Positions 40,068-48,176 of a stretch of 64,000 nucleotides of DNA are shown in pieces. Each line of letters starts with the position of its first letter. Position 1 is the first letter of the stretch. The stretch is taken from the NCBI GenBank assembly GCA_963662275.1, contig OY759316.1:4096001-4160000 (forward strand), read 5' to 3'. The translations under genes and the position numbers were made by a program. Origin of the DNA: Candidatus Cloacimonadales bacterium. Its GTDB lineage: Bacteria > Cloacimonadota > Cloacimonadia > Cloacimonadales > DAONDQ01. Below the pieces are notes generated by a model. The model was given only the letters and a program-made list of their open reading frames with translations, was not told where the DNA came from and searched no databases.

Positions 40068-40352
40068 TTATTTCACGAAATGCTTTTTCGCTAATAATGG
40101 AAGTAACTCAAATTCACGATTAACTACTGCTTGCTTTTTCTGATGACTCCAACCGTGAATCTGCTTTTCAACTGCATATGCGTCATCAATACGCTGGAAT
40201 TCTTCAACATAAACAAGTTCTAAAGGCAGTCTCTTTTTCGTGTAATTTGCTCCCCTTCCTTCCTGGTGTTCAAAGACTCATCTTTCGATATCTTTAGTAC
40301 TACCAACATAAAACGTGCCGTCTGAACATTTGAGAATATACAGATATGGCAT
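40068..40352 (-). pseudogene. Stand-alone GIY-YIG nuclease (UPF0213/YhbQ-like) with an internal TGA
   Basis: MPYLYILKCSDGTFYVGSTKDIER*VFEHQEGRGANYTKKRLPLELVYVEEF...EKQIHGWSHQKK; TGA at 40278-40280; strong RBS. Confidence 0.85.
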
Positions 40353-40495
40353 ACAAATCCCTCCCTATTATGTCTATTCATTTCGATACGATTTCTCCTT
40401 CGTCGAAATCACTCAATGAACCGTCTCGGATAAAATCACTTAACGAACCTTCTTCTCTGAACTGTACCCTGTACGCTGTACGCTGTTACCTTCTG

Positions 40496-42502
40496 CTATT
40501 TCACCAGCGTCAATATCTTATGTGCATTCTCCAGGAAACCATGCAATTCCTGACCATCAAAGCGTTTCTGCTCCAGCAGTGCTAATTCGTGAATGAAGTT
40601 ACACAATAACTGCACTTCCTCGTCATTCCCCTTAGCTTTCAAATCAAGGATACGCTTGACCGTTGGATTTTCTGCATTCAAAACGAGGGTATGATTCTTC
40701 AGGAAATCATTACCTTCTTTATGCATCATACTATTCATCTCTTGAAAGCGTCTCATGAATTCTTCAAATATAATCATACCTGGGATAGAATCTGTGCGCA
40801 GGTGCTTGATTTCAACTTTTACATTGGGGTATGCCTGATCCACAATTTCCTTGAATGCATCTTTGCCAATCGTCTCCCGAACTGCTGCTGATAATGCATA
40901 AGGATGGATATATGTCATATCATCATTGACCGTAATCTGGCTTGCCAAAGACTCTGCCACAACAGGATACTTCTCAATGAGTTTTGCATAACGATCTTTA
41001 CTGAATGCAGACTTAAAATCATCATTCAATGCCAGGGAGAAAATCTCTTTCAGCTTATCGGAATCTGACTCATCGTTCAAATCGACTAAATCCGCTTTAT
41101 CTTTATCCACTAAATTTTCATTGATCTCAGAATCCACACGCACAAACCGCAGTTCATGGTCTTTCATTTCCAGGCTCTGGAACAGATGCGCATCCATCGG
41201 AGAAGTTGCATAGATCACTTCAATGCCCTGTTCCTTCAATAATTGGAGATAGGTCACTTGTGTATGTTCACTGGGCGCATAATAGACCTTTTGCGGCTTT
41301 TCCTGGCTGGTAATACGGGATTTGTATTCTTCTAATGTTACATATTCACCATTGCTGGATTTAAAGATGATCGTGGATTGCAGTGCATTGAAGAAATCCT
41401 CATTGGTTAGTAATCCGTATTTTATGAAATTACTGATATCATCCCAATAAGTCTCAAACTTCTTCCGGTCATTGGTAAATGTGTCCATAAAGTGGTCAGA
41501 AACCTTCTTCACGATGTATTTGGACATCTGCTGTACCATTTTATCATTCTGCAGGAAACTGCGTGATACATTCAACGGGATGTCAGGAATATCAATTCCG
41601 CCTTTCAACAATAAAAGGAATTCAGGGATCAGATCTTTGAGGTTATCTGCAACGAAGACATTATTGCAGAAGAGCTTTACTTCCCCGCGATTGATATCGA
41701 GTTCATTCTTGATCTTTGGAAAATAGAGAATCCCTTTCAGCGGATTTGGGAAATCAATATTCAAGTGAATCCAGAATAACGGATCTTCATAATCATGGAA
41801 GTAGGAGCGATAGAATTCACGATATTCTTCTTCAGTCACATCTTTGGGCAGTCTATTCCACAGCGCTTCTTTCTGATTCACCTGTTTATCTTCAAACATG
41901 ATCGGATAAGGCATGAAATTACAGTACTTTTCTAATATCTCTCTTATCTTTTCCGGTTTCAGATAGTCATCTGATTCTTTATTCAAAAAAATGGTGACTG
42001 TTGTTCCAATTGTATCTCGAGTACCTTTTTTCATCGTATAATCAGTAGAACCATCACATTCCCAAAATGCAGGTTCAGAACCTTCCTGGTAAGAAAGAGT
42101 ATCGATTGTAACTTTCTCTGCAACCATAAATGAAGAATAGAATCCCAGCCCAAAATGACCAATGATGTTCGCCTGCACATCTTTGTATTTTTCCACGAAA
42201 TCCTCTGCACCGGAAAAGGCAATCTGATTAATGTATTTCTTCACTTCTTCAGCCGTCATACCGATACCGGCATCAGAAACCTGCAGCGTTCTTTTCTTCG
42301 CATCGAGCTTAATCGTTATTTTAAGAGTTTCTGCATCGAAATCAGTTTGCGCATATTTGCGTTTATTCATGGCATCGATGGCATTTGATACCAATTCTCT
42401 CAAAAAGATATCATGTTCGGAATACAGCCATTTCTTGATGATAGGGAATATATTCTCAGTATGGATCGATAATGACCCTTTTTCTTTTGGTTTGGCAGCC
42501 AT
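40496..42502 (-). CDS. htpG: Chaperone HtpG (Hsp90)
   Basis: IFLRELVSNAIDA, DAGIGM, IGHFGLGFYS, LNVSRSFLQ; start set at ATG 42502 after AGGAG. Confidence 0.95.
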   Translation of the reverse strand: MAAKPKEKGSLSIHTENIFPIIKKWLYSEHDIFLRELVSNAIDAMNKRKYAQTDFDAETLKITIKLDAKKRTLQVSDAGIGMTAEEVKKYINQIAFSGAEDFVEKYKDVQANIIGHFGLGFYSSFMVAEKVTIDTLSYQEGSEPAFWECDGSTDYTMKKGTRDTIGTTVTIFLNKESDDYLKPEKIREILEKYCNFMPYPIMFEDKQVNQKEALWNRLPKDVTEEEYREFYRSYFHDYEDPLFWIHLNIDFPNPLKGILYFPKIKNELDINRGEVKLFCNNVFVADNLKDLIPEFLLLLKGGIDIPDIPLNVSRSFLQNDKMVQQMSKYIVKKVSDHFMDTFTNDRKKFETYWDDISNFIKYGLLTNEDFFNALQSTIIFKSSNGEYVTLEEYKSRITSQEKPQKVYYAPSEHTQVTYLQLLKEQGIEVIYATSPMDAHLFQSLEMKDHELRFVRVDSEINENLVDKDKADLVDLNDESDSDKLKEIFSLALNDDFKSAFSKDRYAKLIEKYPVVAESLASQITVNDDMTYIHPYALSAAVRETIGKDAFKEIVDQAYPNVKVEIKHLRTDSIPGMIIFEEFMRRFQEMNSMMHKEGNDFLKNHTLVLNAENPTVKRILDLKAKGNDEEVQLLCNFIHELALLEQKRFDGQELHGFLENAHKILTLVK

Positions 42503-42532
42503 AATTTTCTCCTTGTTGGGATTTGTTTTGCC

Positions 42533-42591
42533 GTAGGGGTTCGCGTCAGCAAACCCGTTCTTCACCCGTAGGGGTTCGCGGCAGCAAACCC
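42533..42591. repeat. Tandem REP-like palindromes in the htpG leader
   Basis: gtaggggttcgcg(t/g)cagcaaaccc twice; related copy at ~53684. Confidence 0.65.
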
Positions 42592-42641
42592 TTTTTTCTT
42601 CGTACACGCAAATCCATCTGCTATGTTTTAATTATGAACAT

Positions 42642-42704
42642 AATTTATTGAGAGGTGGAAATTCTGTCAATATGTTTTTAGCAGTCATGTCGCATGAGTG
42701 CTAA
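42642..42704 (-). promoter_or_regulatory. htpG sigma70-type promoter with CIRCE (HrcA operator)
   Basis: TTAGCACTC-N9-GACTGCTAA at 42678-42704 (1 mismatch to CIRCE); TTGACA-17-TAAATT just downstream. Confidence 0.8.
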
Positions 42705-42963
42705 CATATACATGAAACAGTCTAAGCTTCGTGGTGTTTTTCCCTTTTTTTCCCAGTTTGAAATACAAGGAGAAATTTTTTCCATAAAGCTGGGAGTTTG
42801 GAGTTTACCTGAAAGCTAAGAGTTTGGAATTCAAATTTCCTTCGAATCTACTACGACTTCTCAAGTAATAGGAAATTCGGACTTCAAAATCAACATTTTC
42901 ATCCTCGGTAGCGAAAATTCTTTTCTGGGAAGTTCAAAATCGACAGGGCAGTTCTTTTCTTGA

Positions 42964-43048
42964 CTGCAAGCTGCAAGCTGCAAGCTGTAAGCTCACCTGT
43001 CACCTGTCACCTGTCACCTGTCACCTGTCACCTGTCACCTGTCACCTT
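42964..43048. repeat. Heptamer tandem repeats (ctgcaag x3, tcacctg x7)
   Basis: Read directly from the sequence. Confidence 0.95.
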
Positions 43049-43122
43049 CTGCCACGAATATTTAATTTGACAAACTCAACAGTAAATGCAATTCTAAAAA
43101 TACATTTTCCTGGGAGGATGAT

Positions 43123-43449
43123 ATGACAGATGATCTGAATTTTACTGAACTACCGCCAATGCAGCCGCAAAGCACTTTGAACCGTGTGCAGTATATTGAA
43201 GATACCGATGTTTCGATCGGTGAATGGGTTGGAACGATGCTCCTTATGTGCATTCCATTGGTAAATGTTATCATGCTCTTTATCTGGGCATTCGATAGTA
43301 CAGCAAAACTGAGCAAATCTAACTGGGCAAAAGCAACCCTGATCTTTGGCGGAATTTCTATCTTCGTTGGAATTTTCTGCGCCATCCTCTTTGGCTCTCT
43401 CTTCTCGTCATTGCTTGGCAGTTCCGGTCTTCCCTCCAGCTTTTATTGA
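43123..43449 (+). CDS. Small membrane protein (copy 1)
   Basis: GGAGG RBS; VSIGEWVGTMLLMCIPLVNVIMLFIWAF...KSNWAKA; TM helices. Confidence 0.8.
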   Translation: MTDDLNFTELPPMQPQSTLNRVQYIEDTDVSIGEWVGTMLLMCIPLVNVIMLFIWAFDSTAKLSKSNWAKATLIFGGISIFVGIFCAILFGSLFSSLLGSSGLPSSFY

Positions 43450-43647
43450 TTTTACTAGTTGTGGAGTAAGATTCCGATCTTACTGAAAACTATCTTATTG
43501 TAAAGTAAGACGCCGTTCTTACTATCTGGTCAGTGTAGAGAAAAACACCTATCATACTCTACATTACTTTGTACTTTCTTTGAAAGCCTGCTGTTTTGCT
43601 ATCTTCCCTGTTAGCTGTAAGCTGTTAGCTGTCAGCTATACTCTTCG

Positions 43648-43917
43648 CTACTTCACCTTCATCATCTTTTTAGTATTACTGTACCCCGGTTTATCCACTT
43701 TGCAGAAATAGACACCCGATGCCGTTGATTTGCCGTTATCATCCAAACCATTCCAGGTGAGTTGAATCGTACCGGCACACATTTTACCCGCTGCCAGTGT
43801 TTTAACCTGCTGCCCGCGGATATTATAGATATTGATAACGATGTCATCAGGGGAAGGCAAATCAAATTCTATCTTTGTGTTTTCCCGGAAAGGATTGGGG
43901 TAAATCCTGATATGCAT
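43648..43917 (-). pseudogene. Orphan T9SS/FlgD-type CTD, near-identical to the 3' end of 48177-50528
   Basis: IRIYPNPFRENTKIEF...SGVYFCKV; no signal peptide and no obvious RBS. Confidence 0.75.
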
Positions 43918-43985
43918 GAATTCGTTTAAGATTTATCATGTTAATAAATATGATATTTATGTTAACCTCTATTTTCTTCTAAGAT

Positions 43986-45008
43986 TTAGAGCTTTGGCTT
44001 TGATAAATCAAATAGCATTTTCATCATCTCAGGAATTGAAAACCCAACATAGAAAGCATTGAATTTATTAGAATCATTGAGGAAAGCTCCCAAGCATATC
44101 ATTTTGATATCTGCTCCTTGCTTACCACTACCACTAAAGACGTCACTTCGTAATAAACCAATACCAAAACCATAACCGATATTTTTCCCTTCATTATCTT
44201 GCCATAATGCTAATTGACCTTCAAAATTTCGACAAATGGGATCACGGCTACCAACTCTAAGAACAGGGGTTGTTAGTATAAAAGCTTCATTCTTACCAGA
44301 TTTGAGATTAACATCAATTGTTGATGTGTAACTGAGTGTAGTATATTGTAAACCGGAAAAGAGGTTTTGCCAAGATGCAAATGAAAAGCCAGTTAGATCA
44401 ACTAAAAGAATTGTACCATAATGTCTTATATTGACTGTAAATTTACTATCCGGATGTGATTCATTGTTTGATTCACTAATACTGACACTAGCACGCCAAT
44501 GTACTACGATTTCAGCACTCAGAGTATTTATGTTACTTAGAGTAATTTTGCTTCTAACATTTTCGGAGATTAGAGAAGGTTCATCTGTGTCTCCATTTAA
44601 GACTTTAATTGGGAATATCGCACCTTCTCCAGCATCTTCGTAATTAACGAAACTAATTATATTTTTATCATTGTAATATGTAACACCTTCAAGCGTGCAA
44701 ATAATATCAACAGATTCAACATTTTCCCAAAAGTTCCATGCCTCAAAAGGCTTTGTCGAGTTAGTTTTCCGGATAATCAAATCAATTTTTTCATTTGTTC
44801 CAACTTCGACAAATTTCCCTGAAGGAATTCGATTTGGTACTTTTTCAACTCCATAGTTAGCTACTTCACTGTCTATTAGTAATTCGCATACGAAAAATCT
44901 TGAAGAAGTTGGATTTAGAATATTTTGATGAGTTTGAGCCAACAAAGCTGTTGAATTAAGAGTTAAAAACAAAAATACAATAGCAAGAAACAAACGATTA
45001 ATTACCAT
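43986..45008 (-). CDS. Low-GC secreted hypothetical protein
   Basis: 340 aa, signal peptide, overlaps the stop of the upstream ORF, GAGG RBS. Confidence 0.7.
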   Translation of the reverse strand: MVINRLFLAIVFLFLTLNSTALLAQTHQNILNPTSSRFFVCELLIDSEVANYGVEKVPNRIPSGKFVEVGTNEKIDLIIRKTNSTKPFEAWNFWENVESVDIICTLEGVTYYNDKNIISFVNYEDAGEGAIFPIKVLNGDTDEPSLISENVRSKITLSNINTLSAEIVVHWRASVSISESNNESHPDSKFTVNIRHYGTILLVDLTGFSFASWQNLFSGLQYTTLSYTSTIDVNLKSGKNEAFILTTPVLRVGSRDPICRNFEGQLALWQDNEGKNIGYGFGIGLLRSDVFSGSGKQGADIKMICLGAFLNDSNKFNAFYVGFSIPEMMKMLFDLSKPKL

Positions 45009-45757
45009 TTTACCTCCTCTAGCTTATAGTAAGTAACTTCCATAGTGATTTCCCAAATATGGGAGTTTTTCTGAATAATGCTAAAACTTCGCCTAATTTC
45101 ATGAAGTTTATCATGACTGTCAATATAATCATCAGCTAGATGTAATACATGATTTACAGCTCCAAAAAAACCTTCTGAGGTAGCAGTAAATGATTCCGTA
45201 AAATCAGAAGAAACAGGTGGATTGTATAAATTTCGAACAACAAATATATGATACTTGTGATTTGGAGTGAAAGTAGATGGATTGCTATATTCTATAACCT
45301 CAATTTTTGAGACTGGGAAATTATCATCCATTACAAAATACCACCTGATAGGTCTCTGGTTTCCATGAGAAGTATTTGAATACAGATCCTCATCAGGAAA
45401 ATATACATCCCGAAAACAACCCCTTGCTTTAAAAAAAGCATATCTAGATGACCACGGATACATTCTTGTTGAACCAAGGAAATCAATGATATTTTCAGGA
45501 ATCTTTTCAGAACTTCCTTCAGTATCACTACAAAAAATGAACTCATTAGATATTCTCCTATGTTGTTCAAACACAATTCTAGTGCCTGATACTATTATGT
45601 AAGATTTAGAGTTCATTTTCTGTGTTTGTAAGTTTGATAAATACATTAAAATGAGGGCAATTACAATAGCAAACACAATTTGTATAACAACAATCTGTAA
45701 AACAACAATTTTTGGTTCTAAGTTTTTATGCTGCTTAATTTTCACATCTCCCCCCAT
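45002..45757 (-). CDS. Low-GC membrane-anchored hypothetical protein
   Basis: N-terminal TM helix; translationally coupled to the next ORF. Confidence 0.65.
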   Translation of the reverse strand: MGGDVKIKQHKNLEPKIVVLQIVVIQIVFAIVIALILMYLSNLQTQKMNSKSYIIVSGTRIVFEQHRRISNEFIFCSDTEGSSEKIPENIIDFLGSTRMYPWSSRYAFFKARGCFRDVYFPDEDLYSNTSHGNQRPIRWYFVMDDNFPVSKIEVIEYSNPSTFTPNHKYHIFVVRNLYNPPVSSDFTESFTATSEGFFGAVNHVLHLADDYIDSHDKLHEIRRSFSIIQKNSHIWEITMEVTYYKLEEVKW

Positions 45758-46340
45758 ATTTGAGAACTGCTAAATCGATCATATATAAATAATGCATTAC
45801 TAATTATGCTACAATAACTATAAACTTTTAAATACATGTCAACTTAAATATCTCCCTGATAGTAAGACTATACTTCTTTTATTATTAGTTTATAAAACTT
45901 TATTATATAGCTTTTGCGCTTATATAAGAAGAATATAGTGAAGATTGAAGAAATATAAAAAATATTAAATATTGCTATTAAAGATTTGCTGATGGATTTA
46001 CCTCCGCAAATTCCTATTTTGCCAATCTTTTCCATCTTTCATCTCCCATTCTACTATATCCTCTCTATATCTGCCTTTCAACCCTTCGCACTTCGAACTT
46101 CGAACTTCGCACTTTAGATTTATTTTTGTAATTTCAAAAATAAATCACAATGCTCCCTCGATTTTGCCAAAAAGCTCCCTCCTATATATATATGAAGGGT
46201 ATAAAATAAAACAGAAAATACATGAAGATGCCAAAAACTTCCAGAGGATGCTTTATGGATGCTTTATGGATGCTTTATGGATCGAGGATGTATGTTTTAT
46301 TTTGAACCCGGATTAATAAATAAAAATTAGGAGAAACATC

Positions 46341-46799
46341 ATGAAAACCAAATTCACGAATTGCGTTAAAGCCTTCTACGGAAGATTTAAATCACAGGGA
46401 CTTGTTCACTGCAAATACAACCAGGGCAGTCTGGTCATAACCCGGAAATATCCGGTTCTGGAAATCCAGGAACATCATCATACTTTCGGAAATAAAGGTA
46501 AGAATCTCGCAGCTTTGTTCCATACTCTTTCCCCGGAATATGTTGCTGATCTGAAAAACTATACTGTCCTTCTGAGCCGGACAACCAATCTCAATGAAAA
46601 ATTACCTGCTACACATTATGCTGTCTATCTTGCCATGATGTGGAAATTGAAACATCTACATCCAGAGATTGATATGGCAACTCTTACAAGAGAAGATATT
46701 CTGCAGAATGAATTTCCTGTAAGAACTATCGTAGAGGCAATGGAGGCAGGGTTTTTGATGCAAATTGTAGAAGCGTCAATGTTAATACATGAAATGTGA
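46341..46799 (+). CDS. Hypothetical basic protein
   Basis: AGGAG RBS, 152 aa; preceded by (ggatgctttat)x3. Confidence 0.7.
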   Translation: MKTKFTNCVKAFYGRFKSQGLVHCKYNQGSLVITRKYPVLEIQEHHHTFGNKGKNLAALFHTLSPEYVADLKNYTVLLSRTTNLNEKLPATHYAVYLAMMWKLKHLHPEIDMATLTREDILQNEFPVRTIVEAMEAGFLMQIVEASMLIHEM

Positions 46800-46950
46800 T
46801 CCTCTGGCAATCCTCCTTTTAGATAAATAGAGCGATGCACTGAGCTTGTCGAAGTGATGTCTCGGAGTGACAGAAGGTTTGATGCTCTTCTCTATCCTGT
46901 CAGTTGTGACCTGTAAGCTTCTTCAAAAGGGGTTGGATTTGTAACCCAAT

Positions 46951-47978
46951 CCCTTTTTTCTTCGTACATGCAAATCCATCTGCTATGTTTTAATTATGAA
47001 CATAAATTATTGAAGGGTGGAAATTATGTCAATATGTTTTTAGCAGTCACGTCGTATGAGTGCTAACATATACATGAAACAGTCTAAGCTTCGTGGTGTT
47101 TTTTCCCTTTTTTTCCCAGTTTGAAATACAAGGAGAAATTTTTTCCATAAAGCTGGGAGTTTGGAGTTTACCTGAAAGCTAAGAGTTTGGAATTCAAATT
47201 TCCTTCGAATCTACTACGACTTCTCAAGTAATAGGAAATTCGGACTTCAAAATCAACATTTTCATCCTCGGTAGCGAAAATTCTTTTCTGGGAAGTTCAA
47301 AATCGACAGGGCAGTTCTTTTCTTGACTGCAAGCTGCAAGCTGCAAGCTGTAAGCTCACCTGTCACCTGTCACCTGTCACCTGTCACCTGTCACCTGTCA
47401 CCTGTCACCTGTCACCTGTCACCTGTCACCTGTCACCTTCTGCCACGAATATTTAATTTGACAAACTCAACAGTAAATGCAATTCTAAAAATACATTTTC
47501 CTGGGAGGATGATATGACAGATGATCTGAATTTTACTGAACTACCGCCAATGCAGCCGCAAAGCACTTTGAACCGTGTGCAGTATATTGAAGATACCGAT
47601 GTTTCGATCGGTGAATGGGTTGGAACGATGCTCCTTATGTGCATTCCATTGGTAAATGTTATCATGCTCTTTATCTGGGCATTCGATAGTTCTGCAAAAC
47701 TGAGCAAATCTAACTGGGCAAAAGCATCTCTGATCTTTGGCGGAATTTCTATCTTCGTAGGGATTTTCTGCGCCATCCTCTTTGGCTCTCTCTTCTCGTC
47801 ATTGCTTGGCAGTTCCGGTCTTCCCTCCAGCTTTTATTGATTTTACTAGTTGTGGAGTAAGATTCCGATCTTACTGAAAACTATCTTATTGTAAAGTAAG
47901 ACGCCGTTCTTACTATCTGGTCAGTGTAGAGAAAAACACCGATCATGCTCTACCTTACTTTGGACTTTCTATGAAAGC
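46951..47978. repeat. ~1 kb direct repeat, copy 2 (second CIRCE at 47040-47066; tcacctg x11)
   Basis: Near-identical to 42589-43587; 29 bp longer, mostly from 4 extra heptamers. Confidence 0.95.
47514..47840 (+). CDS. Small membrane protein (copy 2)
   Basis: Two amino-acid differences from 43123-43449. Confidence 0.8.
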   Translation: MTDDLNFTELPPMQPQSTLNRVQYIEDTDVSIGEWVGTMLLMCIPLVNVIMLFIWAFDSSAKLSKSNWAKASLIFGGISIFVGIFCAILFGSLFSSLLGSSGLPSSFY

Positions 47979-48176
47979 TGAGGATTTATGAAAGCTAAGA
48001 GTTTGGAGTTCAAATTTCCTTCGAATCTATTATAAAATTTAACTAATAGGAAATTCGGACTTCAAAATCGACCTTTCATCCTCGGTAGCGAAAATCATTA
48101 TCAGGGAAGTTCAGAAGTGACATCTTCTATTCTACAATTCGTAATTCATAATTCGTAATTAGAATCTCTGCTTCTT

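Larger units (their letters stand above)
42589..43587. repeat. ~1 kb direct repeat, copy 1
   Basis: Near-identical to 46951-47978. Confidence 0.95.

Noticed and set aside
40278..40280. Selenocysteine or alternative genetic code at the GIY-YIG TGA
   Set aside because: The position corresponds to Arg, not Cys or Trp, and TGA is a normal stop elsewhere (e.g. btuD, rnhC).
42503..42607. N-terminal extension of HtpG in the ORF track
   Set aside because: It translates REP repeats; the RBS and homology support ATG 42502.
43918..43985. Read-through fusion of 43986-45008 to the orphan CTD
   Set aside because: The 68-nt gap puts the two frames out of register.
47323..47517. ORF with SPVTCHL repeats
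   Set aside because: Translation of the heptamer tract with no RBS.
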